Positions 49,606 through 63,340 of a DNA stretch of 64,000 bases are shown here, piece by piece (the first letter of the stretch is position 1; each line of letters starts with the position of its first letter). The translations under genes were made by a program, and so were the position numbers. The notes beneath the pieces are model-generated. The model was not told where the DNA came from. It did no database searches and worked only from the letters and a program-made list of their open reading frames with translations. This stretch comes from the human T2T-CHM13v2.0 reference genome, Homo sapiens, in assembly GCF_009914755.1 (NCBI RefSeq), contig NC_060925.1, one strand, 5' to 3'.

Positions 49606-51799
49606 TAGGACTGAGCCATCAACATCCCTGTTTTATAGCTGAGGAAACTGACGCTCAGTCAGGGAGGTTGTTGAGGTTGCAGTTAGCCAGCCATGTCACT
49701 GAGACTTGAAGCTATCCTGTCTGGCCCCCAAGCCATGCCCTTCACCACCACAGAAGCCTCTTGTTCCACTCCCCAAGGAGGGTCTTTGCACCCTTCTGAA
49801 CCAGACAGGTGATTGGGTCATGTCTGCCTGTGCGAAGGGGTCTCCCTTCCTGCTTGGCTCCACCTGGCTCCAACTCTAGAAAGCACCTGTGTTGTTTTAC
49901 TGATAACAGTGTTTGCCCTTCCAAAGCCAGAGCCATAAAAGGCAGCTTTCAAAGTCACTGCCGCAGAAATGTCAACATGAGGGGGAGGCCAGTCATGGTT
50001 TCTGAGGCCCAATGTCACCTCCAGGCTGCTGCAAAGGCTGCTACAAAGACCTTCGGGTCCTGGAATCTGGACTTGCTTCTACCACAAACTTGCTGCGTTT
50101 CCTTGAACATATTTCTTACTTCCTCTGGGCCTTGTTTTTATCATCGGTGTAAGGAGAGGGTTGAATTTAAAGATCTTAAAGGGCTCTTCTATCTCTAAAA
50201 TGTTTAGTGTCCTCTGCACGGGATCCTGGGGTCAACATCTAAATCTCCTATTTAATGACTGTGAAATACCTTATGTAGCAGCCTTCAAAACAAAATCACC
50301 CCCAAACCTTAACCTGGAGTTTTTTTAAAACCTCCAACAATGTCACCATTGAAGCAGTAAAGGTATTCATTAATATCTTGTAAAAAGTGATTTTGTGATT
50401 TTCTTAATGTATGAAAAAATGTCCCCCGCCCTTGACACTGGGCCCAGAGCCCCAGAATATAAAACCACAGTCAGACCACTAGGATTCTACAGAGCTCAGG
50501 TGTTTGGACAAATTGCCTGCACTTGAGAATACAGGGCAATTTTCTCGACTTTTAAAATGTTTTCTCCCTTCCCCCCACTTTTCTGGGGTTTTCACCCCTG
50601 CTTGTAACTCAAACCACAAATAAAGCTCTAAGCCTCTGGCTGTGAGGAACAGCGCAGTGGCTGCCAAGAACAGCATGGTTCACGTGGGCCCTTTTTCTGC
50701 CGCTCTGGAAACCAGCTCTCCAGAGGACAGCACAACATTCGTTTTTCTCTTTCTTTACTAATCACAAAAATATTGCTTTTCAGATGGGCTGGGGAAGGGG
50801 CAGATTGGTGTTGATTGGTGGTGGACAGGGTCAGATTGGCAGCCTTAGGTGCAGCAGAAGCCAGGTATGGCAGCCACAAAGATTTATATATCCCTCCCAG
50901 ATGATGGCTCTGATACTCCCATTTGAGGCTTTTACCCTGGAACATGGCACATATTGGTGTTCAATACCTGTTTGTGGTTGAATGAATACACTTTTACAAA
51001 TATTCTTTCTTAACAGAGGGATAAGCATTCCTGTTTTTCTGCTGAAACTGAGGAAACTGAGGCTCTGAGAGAGTAGCCGACTCAGTCAGGGTCATACACA
51101 CAGTTACCTGGTAGGGCTGTTGTGTGACCCCAGGCTGGCCCCAGATTGGGCTCTTCCACTCACGCTCTTTCTGCGTCTGCCTCTCAGCCATACAAGCCAA
51201 AGAAACACTGTGTTCCCAGCCCACGAATGAAGCTGAGGCATGATGGACAAGGCTTATGGAACTAGACTTTTCTTCTCCAAGTGCTCTCTCCCACAACTTC
51301 CAAAATTATCCCCATGGGGATGATGCTTACAACAGAAATGCCAGCTCCACCCTCTTTCCAGCTGCCTGCTGGACATCACTGCCTGGATTTATGCTCAGTT
51401 CTAGATACAATGCTTGGCCTAGAGTGGGTGCTCACTGTTGAATAAATAGTCAATGATGTCCTACAGATAATATCTGAATCTAAGTTCACCGTATCCACTG
51501 CTGAGTCCCCAGTGCCTAGACAAGGCTTGGGGAACAATTGTTCAATGAATAAATGGAAGAATGCATTTTCCCTCCCTCCAACATAGTTTATTTTTTGGAT
51601 TGCCTACTTCTGCTGAGATCCTCATCCCTCTACAGTTTCTCAAGCCAAAAGCCCAGGACTTCCCCAGGACACCCCTTCTCTCATGTGACTCTCAGCAAAC
51701 TGGTCACCACATTCTTTCAATTCACCCTCTGACCTGTCTTTCATGCCAATCTCCTCCTCTCCAAATCTGAACACATGAACTTCTTTACTTTATTGTGCA

Positions 51800-52200
51800 A
51801 GATTGTATTGGTTACAAGGAGCAAAAACCCAACTTGAACTTGCATAAGCCAAAAAGGAGATTTTAAATGAGAAGAATATAGGGAAAATCAAAGAACTGAT
51901 GGAGAAACCAAACTACCAAGCCCCAGGAATGGCAGAGTTGGCTGGAACGGGGTGCTCTGATTCTGACAGCTCTCTTTCTCTTACACCTCCATCTTCTGAG
52001 TTCATTGATGTACTGGCCTCATTCTCTCTCAGCAGTTTCCTCAGTATCACAGGGATGTGGATGCTACACACTCCTATCTATACAGTTTTGGGGTCAGAGT
52101 AGAAAAAACCTCTTTCCCATGTGCTGCAATGTCATAATTCCTAGAGAACTCCAATTTACCTAGTGTGGCATATGGGCCTGCCCCTGGACCAGCCACTGGG
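51800..52200 (-). mobile_element. Old MLT1 (K/L-like) LTR
   Basis: ttggttacaaggagcaaaaacccaactt...aagccaaaaaggagatt...gcctgcccctggaccagccactg. Confidence 0.6.
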
Positions 52201-52786
52201 GTTGGCAGCAAAGAACACCTCTGTGGGAGTTAGAAGAGGGCACTATCTTCTGAGTGTCTGCACCTCCACAGGTGCAAGCTTGCCCTGCAGAGCACAGGCT
52301 GGATTCCAGTCCCCACTTATTATCCCTGCCAGACAAGCTTCTACAGGGCATAACCTGCACAACTGTACATGGCGGACCTGGCTGGCAGTGGATGTGGGGC
52401 TGGGCACTCCCAGTTCGAATCAGATGTCTACACCTGGCCAATTACTACTGTTAGAAAGGCAGGGTCATGCAAATGATCTCACTTTCCATGTGGACACGTG
52501 GTCAGAGTGGAGGGAGGTTTGGAAAAAGAACATTTCTCTAAGAAAGGAAGGTAGCACGTTCATGGACCACAGCAGAATCATATGAGCTGGAATGTGTTTA
52601 CAACTCCTAAACCTGCTTCTTTTTTTGGTTCTCTTCATTGATACAAAGAACCATCTGCCCAGTTACTCTCTCCAAAAACCCATGAGGTATCCTGAATTCT
52701 TTCCTCTCCCTCATAATCATTCTCCTGAATATGTCTCAAATATATTCTAATCATCTCTCCGTTTCTTCTGCCATCTCCTAGGTTAA

Positions 52787-53589
<803 letters not shown>

Positions 53590-53590
<1 letters not shown>

Positions 53591-54120
53591 CCGGTCTTCC
53601 TTTCTTCAGCCTTTTCCTTCTCCAGTGCTTCCCAGAAACCGCATGATCTTCCTAAAATGCAGGTCAGGTTATATTACTTCCTTTTTTCCCCACCTCTGAT
53701 AGGTCAGTATCAACTAAACAGTGAGCAAATTCTGTATTTACTGTATTAATTCAAACTCTCCAGGATCTGGAGCCCAATTCTCCTTTGACTTGCCCCTGTC
53801 TTCACCCTATACCCTCTGTTCCCCAGACACACAAATTGATTTGATGTTTCCCTAACCTGGAGTCTACTGCCATGCCTGGATGAGGTGGTATATGCTGCGA
53901 CCTGTTCCTAGAGCACCATTCTCTCTTTAATTTACAAGGCCCAGCTCAAATGTCCTATCCCCAGTGCACTTACTTTGTACCTTTCATTTTAGTTTCATTG
54001 ATTTCTTATGTCTTCTGAGTCGGCAACTTCTTGAAGGCAGGAAGTTTATAAAGTTATTCTTTGTAGCTTTTCCTCAGAGTACCCAGTATCATGTCTAAAA
54101 CATGAAGAGTGCTTAACTGG
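53590..54120 (+). mobile_element. L2 3' region
   Basis: tgatcttcctaaaatgcagg...caaggcccagctcaaatgtc...ttcttgaaggcagga. Confidence 0.7.
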
Positions 54121-54174
54121 GAAGTTTCTAGCAGCCTCCCAGAGTTGGACAAGTTGGGCATGTTCTATTGAGGC

Positions 54175-54730
54175 AGGAGACAAAATGGTTAAAAGTGTAG
54201 GCTCTGAGATCAACTGTGTGGGTTTGAACCCCAGACACTTTCCTTACCACCAGTGTGATCTAAGAAAATTACCTAATAGTACCTCAGTTTGCTCATTTGT
54301 AAATTGGGAACAATAATTGAATCTCCAGTACCAGGTGATTATGAAGAATGGGTGAACTTGTGTAGAGCTTCTGGGAAAGTGCATTCCTTTAGCTGCTGAT
54401 GTTGGAGATGATGATCTGTCTCTGGACCCAGCCCCCTCCATTCCTTGGGAATGGTCTCTCACCCCCTCAGAACCTGCATGGACAGCAAGTCATCCTTTGC
54501 CACAAGGAGTCCTCGTTATGTGTTGGCAAGAGGCAGAACAGTGTGGAAAAAGCATAGACTTTCAGCAGAAGATGTGGGCCCTGCTCTCCCAGCTGAGTGG
54601 CCTTTACCAAGCTTCTTCCTGTCTCTGAGATTTGTTTCTTCATTCATAAAATGGGTGTTACTTCGCTGAGTTGTGAAGAAGTCATGAAATGGGGAATGCT
54701 GAAGGGTGTGAGCTTTGGAACGCCGTGTTC
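54175..54730 (+). mobile_element. Two MIR elements
   Basis: tggttaaaagtgtaggctctg...cctcagtttgctcatttgtaaattggg; cagtgtggaaaaagcatagacttt...cataaaatggg. Confidence 0.8.
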
Positions 54731-55889
54731 CTGGCCAAGGCCTCTTCTTGCTGGAAGTTTTCTGTGGCTCCCATCTGTGGACTGAGCTAGGCACATGCAA
54801 CTTTCTGTGCTTCCTCAAGCCATGCACATATTCACAGATATTTATCAAACCTACACCAGTGCCCCTCTGAGACTTCCCAAGTGAGCAGCTACTATGTGCT
54901 AGGAGGAGAGCAGTGAACAATACAAAGCTTTTCTCATTGCTTATATTCTTATGGGAAGACGGAGTACAAGTAATTAAATAATAATGTAATTTAGTTTGGT
55001 AAGTACCAGAAGACTGGGTGAGGGGCGGGTTTCCTAAGTGTGGTCCCTCAATCCTTGGCACACTCTGTTGTTATTACCCATTTTTATGTTGAGCTTCCTC
55101 CTCTGCCACAGGCTCCTGGAGATGAGGGGCCCCATTTGATTCAGTTCTGTGGCTCAGGTAGCCAGCACAGTACCTGGTTACAGTAGGAGCTCAAAGTTCA
55201 TTACTCTCCTCGTGATTCAAATGAATGATCACTATCACATCTGTGATTTTCTAATCACAATTTTTCCATCAATAAATGGTCTCTGAAAATGTACTTTGTG
55301 TCAGTCCTGGCCTTGTACTACCAACGACTGAAGACTGTGAGGTAGTGCTGTCATCAGAGAGCTCGCTGCCTGGTGGAGGAAGAACACCACCACCTCACTG
55401 AGTAAGCTCTGTGGCAGAGGTTTGCACACAGAGCTGGGAGGAATCCAGGGGGCATACTCGTTGTGGTTCCTGAATCTTTCCGAGGTCTTGGAGCTGTCAG
55501 GCCTCACAAGGGAACAGGCTTTGGCTTTCCCAGACACTGAGGAAAATAAGGTGTCAGGAGTTTCCCAAATCTAGGCTGTTGATCCAACACCAATGGTCTT
55601 GAGATGAGATGTGTTCCCTGTGAGCCTCCATGCTGCACCCCAGTCCTTCTCCCGGGCTCAGATCAGCCTTCCTGGGACTCTGTCATTTCTCCACTGAAAA
55701 CAGGCACACCATGGAGTCCAACTCCCCAGTCATGGTGCCAGGTCCTTCCGACCATGCCCAATCCAAACAACCCAAGCTTCTTCCCACCATTCACCCATAG
55801 CCAGTTGGCTCTGCCACCGACCCTGACAGCCCTCAACCTCTCCCAACAGAATGGGGTTCCTGCTAACTGATGGGCCTTCACCACTTGCT

Positions 55890-56360
55890 TGCTTCCATTG
55901 ACCCGTTCAAGTTACTTAATGCTTATTATCTGTTGAGTGCTCTATCAGGTACTAGGGATACAGACATGAATGAATGTGATAAAGGTCCCTGCCCTCATGA
56001 AGCTTACATTCTAGTGAGGAGAGGCAAGGAGTTAATAAGTAAGAAGTCAGAAACACATGGTGTGTCTGATGGTGCTAAGTGTTAAGAAGACAGAGCAGGG
56101 AAGGGGGACAGAGCATGCCCATGGGGTGGAACTGTAATTTTAAATACAGTGCTATGGATGGTCCCCCTGGGAAGATCACATAAGAGAAGAGGCATAGAGG
56201 AGGCAGGATAGCTAGTCACAGAGTAGAGTGAGAGTAGAGTCGAGTCACAGAGTAGACTAGAGTTACAGAGGCATAGAGGAGGCAGGATAGCTAGTCACAG
56301 CTGGGAGTAGAGTGTCCAAGGCAGAGGGAAGAGCAGATGGCCTTTGAAGATCAAATTTTC
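55890..56360 (-). mobile_element. L2 3' region
   Basis: gtactagggatacagacatgaa...ggtccctgccctcatgaagcttacattctagt. Confidence 0.8.
56188..56300. repeat. Perfect 34-bp direct repeat around a 45-bp patchwork insert
   Basis: agaggcatagaggaggcaggatagctagtcacag at 56188-56221 and 56267-56300. Confidence 0.95.
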
Positions 56361-56571
56361 TATTTCCCTTCCTCCTTCCTTTCTTTTCTTCCTTTTTGCC
56401 TGCATGTATTTATTTCAAAAAATATTTCTAGGAATATGCTAGGTGCCATGCACTGCATTAAGTCTTGCATGTAAAAAGAGGGCCCCCTTCTTTCAAGATG
56501 CACACACTCTATTGACAGAGGAGAACAAGATAAACCAACAGTTACAGTGGGGATTTAAGAGCATTATGCCA

Positions 56572-57045
56572 GAGAAGGTGTCACCATTCATGCTGGGAAG
56601 CCCTTGGACAGTCTGATGGTGCCCTTGGGCCTCTTCTCAGAATAACATTTTAAAATGCATAAAATTAAGCACATACAATGGTAAAGAAAGCAATTATTTT
56701 TCAAAAGTTAACAAAATACAGAAAAAAATAAATTGGTAATAATGTATGTGGTTTCATATTTGTACACTGAGTAACCAGATCTATAGGTCTATTAACTATT
56801 TTATTTTCAAAATATTGATAATCATAGATACAATTTTTAGATAATCTGTAACAACTGTAAAGTGGTATGAACATAACTATGATTTCTATTAGTAATAAAT
56901 TACAGGAACCATTGATATCACTGTGATTTGAGCCTACATTTGTAATTGAAGGAAATGTTAAATTAATTTTATGTACAAGTTAGTGAACATTTCTTCCCCC
57001 ATACAGATTCACAAAGCTCCTGAATTCCAGCCCTAAGAACCTTGA
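56572..57045. mobile_element. Charlie4a (hAT) element
   Basis: ccttggacagtctg...cttctcagaataacattttaaaatgcataaaat...taattgaaggaaatg...taagaacc. Confidence 0.75.
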
Positions 57046-57059
57046 TACTAGAGATATAT

Positions 57060-57640
57060 GTGCTGTCAGGCTCTGAGAGCACAGAGGAGGGGTCAGAAAA
57101 ACCTTTCTAGAGGAGGTGATTCCTTAGCTGGGTTCTGAAGAAGGAGTAGGAGTTAGCCAGAAAGATAGGGGTGGAGGGAATTCCAGGTAAAAGGAAGAGC
57201 AACAGACAGCATTAAACTGTACGCCTTATTTGGGGGAACTGATAGTTAGTGTGGTAATAACTCAGGGTATGTGTAGGTTTTGTTGGGAAATTAAGCAGGA
57301 GAGGAAGACAATGGGATCAGCTTATGGAAGTTCTGAGTCCTAAGCTACAGAATTGGTCCCAGAGTTGATGGGGTGTCCTTGAAGGACTTAAGCAGAAAAG
57401 GAACACAGTCAGAAAGATTATTTTGGCAACTATGAGGTGGATGGATTGGAAGGTGGGAGAAACTAGAGGCAAGGAGATGGGTTAGAAAACTGTTCTAATT
57501 AGTCTAGGCCAGAAGAGCTATGTGTCCCAGACAATGGCCATAGGGGTAGAGAAGAGGAAATGGATACTAGAGACCCACAAGATGGTAGAATCTGCACGAA
57601 AATTGGCAGTTGATGGGGATGGGGCAGTTGGGGAGAAGAA
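57060..57640 (-). mobile_element. L2 fragment
   Basis: ggaggtgattccttagctggg...gagtaggagttagccag...ttgaaggacttaagcag...tggcaactatgaggtggatggattgga. Confidence 0.75.
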
Positions 57641-58725
57641 ATGATCAAAGCAAAAATGTGACTAATTAACAGAGAAGCTGTGTTCAGGGCAGTAGCGGCC
57701 ACGAACTGCAAACCTGTCCTGCTCGTTCACACCTTTGTGCCTTTGCGAAGCTCCATCTCTCTTCCTGGGATTCCCTCTCCTCCCCTGTTGCTTGCTCTTT
57801 CCTAACTCCCAGGTCACCTCACCAACTTCTATCTTGCTGGGAGGCTTTCTGGAGGTGGCAGGTTATCTCGAAGCTGCAGCCTAAACACAAGCCCTTGTCT
57901 GACTCTGTGTAGACACCCGAGATTCCCGCCTTGAGCAGAGGCCCCATGGCCCCCTTTGCATCCTTGATATCAGGCTTGTTCTCCTAGGGAACCAAGGCAG
58001 ATTCAGCCTGGCAGCTGGCAAGTCATGGAGCACTGCCTGTCCATCTGCGAGCTAACAACAGTCGCGCTGGAAGTCAACAAGGGAAATGGAAAGGGAGAGA
58101 CCCAGCCTCCACAGGGGCTCACGCCCTGGGACCTGTGCCAGTGTGAACAAGGTTTTCCGGGTGAGGATTTCCCCTCGTAGAATGGGAATAGCAGCTGAAG
58201 GCGAGCTAAAGAGAACTGCTTGTGCTTTCCTTGTAACATTGTCTTATTTATTAAAGCTTTGTAACCACCCTTTGGTGGTTGTGTGTGTGTGTTCTCATGC
58301 ACACACACACACACCTTCTTTCTGATTACATGCAAAGAAAATATGTCCAGAGTGGCTAAAGGACTTATCTAAGGTCACTCAGGCAGCAAGGCACAGGTGA
58401 GTATAGAAGTGGCTTGGGAATGAACACATGCCTCTTAGAACCCTTGAGATTTGTAAAGTCAGGGGTGGCTTGGAAGAAAAGATTTGGGATTAAAGAGGCT
58501 CGATGGGGCCAGAAGAATTGTCACTGTTTTCCTCTGGGTCTGCCTGCTGCTTTTCTCTCCATTCTCTAGCCCAGCCTCCATATCTTCCTAGAGGCAGTCC
58601 TTGCTGCAGAATGCGAGGGGCAATGGCTTCCAGTGGTGGCTGCTGGCATGATTTGGCCCATGCTGGGTCTCCAGCCTCCTCTCCTGACATCCTTCCTTGC
58701 CAGTACTCCATACTCAAGCCAGCTA

Positions 58726-59533
<808 letters not shown>

Positions 59534-59924
59534 TTAAGGTAATATGTTGTTACAATAGTTGTTGGGGACACAGTGAAATGACTCTAGAAACAGAGCGTGC
59601 ATGCAAGACCTTGAGACAGTAAAGAAGGTGGCCAGAAGTGACACCTTGTTAATATGCAACCCAACCAACCAAGTGTGCTTGCCTGGCCCAGGCCAGCAGG
59701 CTAACTAGCTCTGTGCAAGCCCCTGGCTATGCCCCTTAGGTGCTGGCCCAGTGCCAGATGTTCTGGTGGCCTCATATGCCAGAGGCCACCAGAACATCTT
59801 TGTGGAAGGACTGAGAGGGGAGGCGTGAAGCCACAGAGAGGAGCCAATCTCTCTCCCCTTGGCTGGGACTCTCCCCTTAGGAATATAAGCAGACTGTCAC
59901 TTGGGTCAAAAGCACAGCTGTAGG

Positions 59925-60050
59925 GAAGAACAGGAGGAGAGAATGGGTATGAGGAAGAGGAGGAGGAGGAGTGGAGGAGGAGGAAGGAAAAAGGGCTGGG
60001 AAGGGAAGAGGGAAATTGGAGGGGCAGGTGGAGGAGGCAGTGAGGAGAAG
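59925..60050. repeat. GA-rich low-complexity tract
   Basis: gaggaagaggaggaggaggagtggaggaggaggaagg. Confidence 0.8.
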
Positions 60051-60569
60051 AATACTTGGTGAGAGTTTAGCCACCTCAAATAACAATCTTGCAGTCTCTT
60101 GCAGCTGCTAGAGAAGTCCAGTCTGCCCACAGGGCAGAGGAGGAAGGGTACTTCCTCTGAGGAGGCTGGAGGCCTTGTAATCTCTGTACCCACATCCGGA
60201 GAAGCTTGGACGGGGTGGGGCTGCCTGGGTCCAGCTTCCCACCCAACCCTGCAAGCTTGGGATCGGACCCTGGGAAGCCTGGCTTACCTGGGCCAGGTCC
60301 AGCTGCACTGGGTCTGGATGTCGTATCTCAGGAGCCAGTGGGCTTGGGGTGAAGATGGACAGCCTTTTCTAGAAGATACAGACTGTGACTCAGAGAAAGG
60401 CATTCTGATGTCTTCTGCGAGACTCCTGAATCACAGCAGGATGGGCACAGGGCTGGGGGAGAAGAAATAAATACTTAATTATAAAAATTGCATAGTTGGA
60501 GAGAGCTTTTGTAGTCTTAGAGGTGAAAGAACTCTGAGCTACAAGAATAAAGAAGAGCATCTTTTGCTG

Positions 60570-60900
60570 GGTGCTTACTTTGTGCTAGACACTGTAAAGT
60601 GCTAAAGATAAGGAAAGTATCCTTCATGGCTGCATGCGTTGCATGCCCACCACGTGCCAGGGGCTTAACACCACCACCCTATTTAATATCCACCACTAGC
60701 CCCAGGAAGCAGGCCTAAGTACTCTCATTTCATCACTGAGGAGCCTGAGACGTTCAGTCATTGATTGGACAGCCCTCACCATTCAAGCCCTCCTTGGTTT
60801 ACAGCAGCAGAAAGAGAGGCTCTGAAGGGTAAGTGACTTGTCACAGTTGAGAGCAACTGGCCTGTGGTAAGAGTTGGAGGCAGAACTGAGCTCCTGGCCC
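60570..60900 (-). mobile_element. MIR fragments
   Basis: gggtgcttactttgtgctagacactg; actgaggagcctgaga; gaggctctgaagggtaagtgacttgtcacag. Confidence 0.65.
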
Positions 60901-60949
60901 AGGCCTGTGGCCTCTTCATTCCCCCAAGCCACCCTCTCCAGTTGTCAGG

Positions 60950-61460
60950 CCTTCACTTTCAGGAAGTCCGGGACAATGAGGTTCCACACCTGCTTCACAG
61001 GAGAAATATCCTTTTGCAGGATTTTCAGTTGATAGCCAGTTGCCAGGGCCATCTTCTCAACTGATGGCAGCTTCTTATTTTTTCCCCAGTACCTGGTCAC
61101 ACCTGGCCCTCTCCGAGAGGTTTTCAATGCCCTGGGCTACAGTTTTGTTCAGTTGTGCTCTCAGGGTGCTAATGACAGCACACCCACATGCTGATAGAGC
61201 CCACATGCTGATAGAGACGATAAGAAAGGAACAGCTGGGAGGGAGGGAGGAAGGGAGGGCCAGCAGGAGCCTGGGCCAGCGGGTGGGGCTGGCGGCCAGT
61301 GTTTCCCTGTAGGGCGAGGGCACGCTCAAGGGACTGGCTTCCTTGTAAACAGTGTGCAGCCAGCTCTAAAAATACCCCTGCCCTAGACAGGGCACATTGA
61401 GCTCCTCTGGTCTCCCCCAGAGCCTTCCCAGGGGCCTCACCTTTTTCCTAAAAGGTCAAG
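60950..61460. promoter_or_regulatory. Candidate enhancer with TBX/GATA/MEF2/FOX/MEIS/E-box motifs
   Basis: TCACACCT 61097, TGACAG 61173, GATA cores x3 at 61192-61223, CAGCTG 61232, TGTAAACA 61344, CTAAAAATA 61366; function is inferred only. Confidence 0.4.
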
Positions 61461-61569
61461 GGGATGGGAAGAAAGCTGCCTTGTGGAGGGTTGGATTTCC
61501 TTAGCAAGGAAAGTATAACCATATTTCCTTCCTCTGCAAAACAGAAAGGAGGATGCTTCATGGGTTTCA

Positions 61570-61637
61570 GCAGCAACAACAAAAGGCCAAAACAAAACAA
61601 AACAAAAAACAAAAAACAAACAACAACAACAACAAAA
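61570..61637. repeat. A-rich (CAA)n/(CAAAA)n simple repeat
   Basis: aacaaaacaaaacaaaaaacaaaaaacaaacaacaacaacaacaaaaa. Confidence 0.9.
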
Positions 61638-61749
61638 ACTTCCCTGGACCCTTGTCTCTTTTCCGTAATCTGAGACCTGGGCTGAGCTCAGGTCCAAGGA
61701 CTGGTCCTGATTCACAGCCTAGGATCAGGGAGCCATGGGAAGATGCTGG

Positions 61750-61950
61750 ATTGTAATTTTCAGCTGTTCTCCTCATGAGGCATGTGATCCATGACTCAAC
61801 TGCTTAATGCCTCAGTTTCCACAATTATAAAAGGGGATAATAATAGTGTTTAATTCACTTGGGTATGGAGAGGCTTAAATGAGATGCTATCTATAAGGCT
61901 TTTAGCACAGTGCCTTACACATGACAAACGTTCAAGAAATGCTTATTATT
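61750..61950 (+). mobile_element. MIR
   Basis: gcctcagtttcc...ggggataataatagt...ttaaatgagatg...agcacagtgcc. Confidence 0.8.
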
Positions 61951-62612
61951 ATGGTATATGGGAGGATAAAACTATTTCCTGAATAACAGAAGACTTGGTT
62001 TAATAAGAAATGTGGTAGGTAGGGAAAAAGAGAAGTGTGGATAAGAAAAGACTAAAAGTGTCTGAATCACAGAAAGCTCAAATATATTATTTGACAGATG
62101 GGGACACTGAGGCCCACGGAGCAGAAAGGAGTTGCTCCAAGCTAGACAATGTATTGGCCACTGCCTGTAGGTTCAATATAAAGTAAGTGTGATGAGAACA
62201 TGAAAAGTCCTGTGGGACTGTAAGCCTGCTTCACTAGGAGTTAGGGGAATGAGGCCTTTTGTTCATGCAGCACTTTAAAGTTTGGAAAGCCCTTTTCCAG
62301 GGAAAGACAGACCTTAGCAGATCACTGCCAGAGGGCTGAGCTCCATGATGAGGGACTCTTGAGGGAGGATGTGTGAGGACACAGCCAAGCAGAACTCATT
62401 CTTGGGACTGGTGGCTGCCTGTGAGGCCATATATTCATGCCTTGAACCCAAAGACCTTGGTTAAATGAAGGAGTTAAATCTCTTTACTCCAAGATTTTTC
62501 AGAACCTTCTAAGACATGAAAATGAAATTGTGGGTCTTCAAGACAGGGATATGCTGTATGCAGCATTCCCCATATTAAGTTGGTTACAGAGCCTTCTTTC
62601 CACAGAGTATGA

Positions 62613-62954
<342 letters not shown>

Positions 62955-63039
62955 AAATAATTCAGTATTAAGCTAATTCCTTGAGAATTGCTGTCCTTAA
63001 GTTCTCAAAAAATAATAATAATAATAATGTGGATTCTGT

Positions 63040-63340
63040 TGCCAGATAGCACTAAGTTCATAATTTGGCTATTTCCTAGGTGACTTTGTACATGTTACTT
63101 CACCTTCATCAACTGTAAAATGAGAGGAAGAATATTCACTTCTCAGGATAGCTTTGAAGGTTACATTTATAAAAGCATATGGAAAATGCAGTGTCGTGGC
63201 TAACACACAGTAGGTATTCAGTTAATGGTTCTAATTAAGTAAAGCCCGGAGACGGAAACCAGCTTTTGCAAGCTCACATAGGAAATTAGTGACTGTGCTA
63301 GGCCTTGAATCTCCATCTCTGGGCTCTTCCAGTTCACCAT
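63040..63340. mobile_element. Convergent MIR pair
   Basis: gtgactttg...actgtaaaatgag...acacagtaggtattca (plus); gacggaaacc...aagctcacatag...ttgaatctc (minus). Confidence 0.6.

Noticed and set aside
54516-55061. 181-aa minus-strand ORF
   Set aside because: Runs through MIR and L2 sequence; chance open frame.
55983-56015. miR-28/708-like sequence ggtccctgccctcatgaagcttacattctag
   Set aside because: Ordinary single L2 3' end with no adjacent complementary arm.
57845-57865. CTCF-like motifs (also near 6290, 16012, 59514)
   Set aside because: Only partial matches by eye; a PWM scan and ChIP data are needed.
60945-61329. Protein-like minus-strand ORFs (…LRAQLNKTVAQGIENLSER…)
   Set aside because: I recognise no homolog, and a 17-bp frameshifting duplication lies inside; kept only as a non-coding exon/enhancer candidate.
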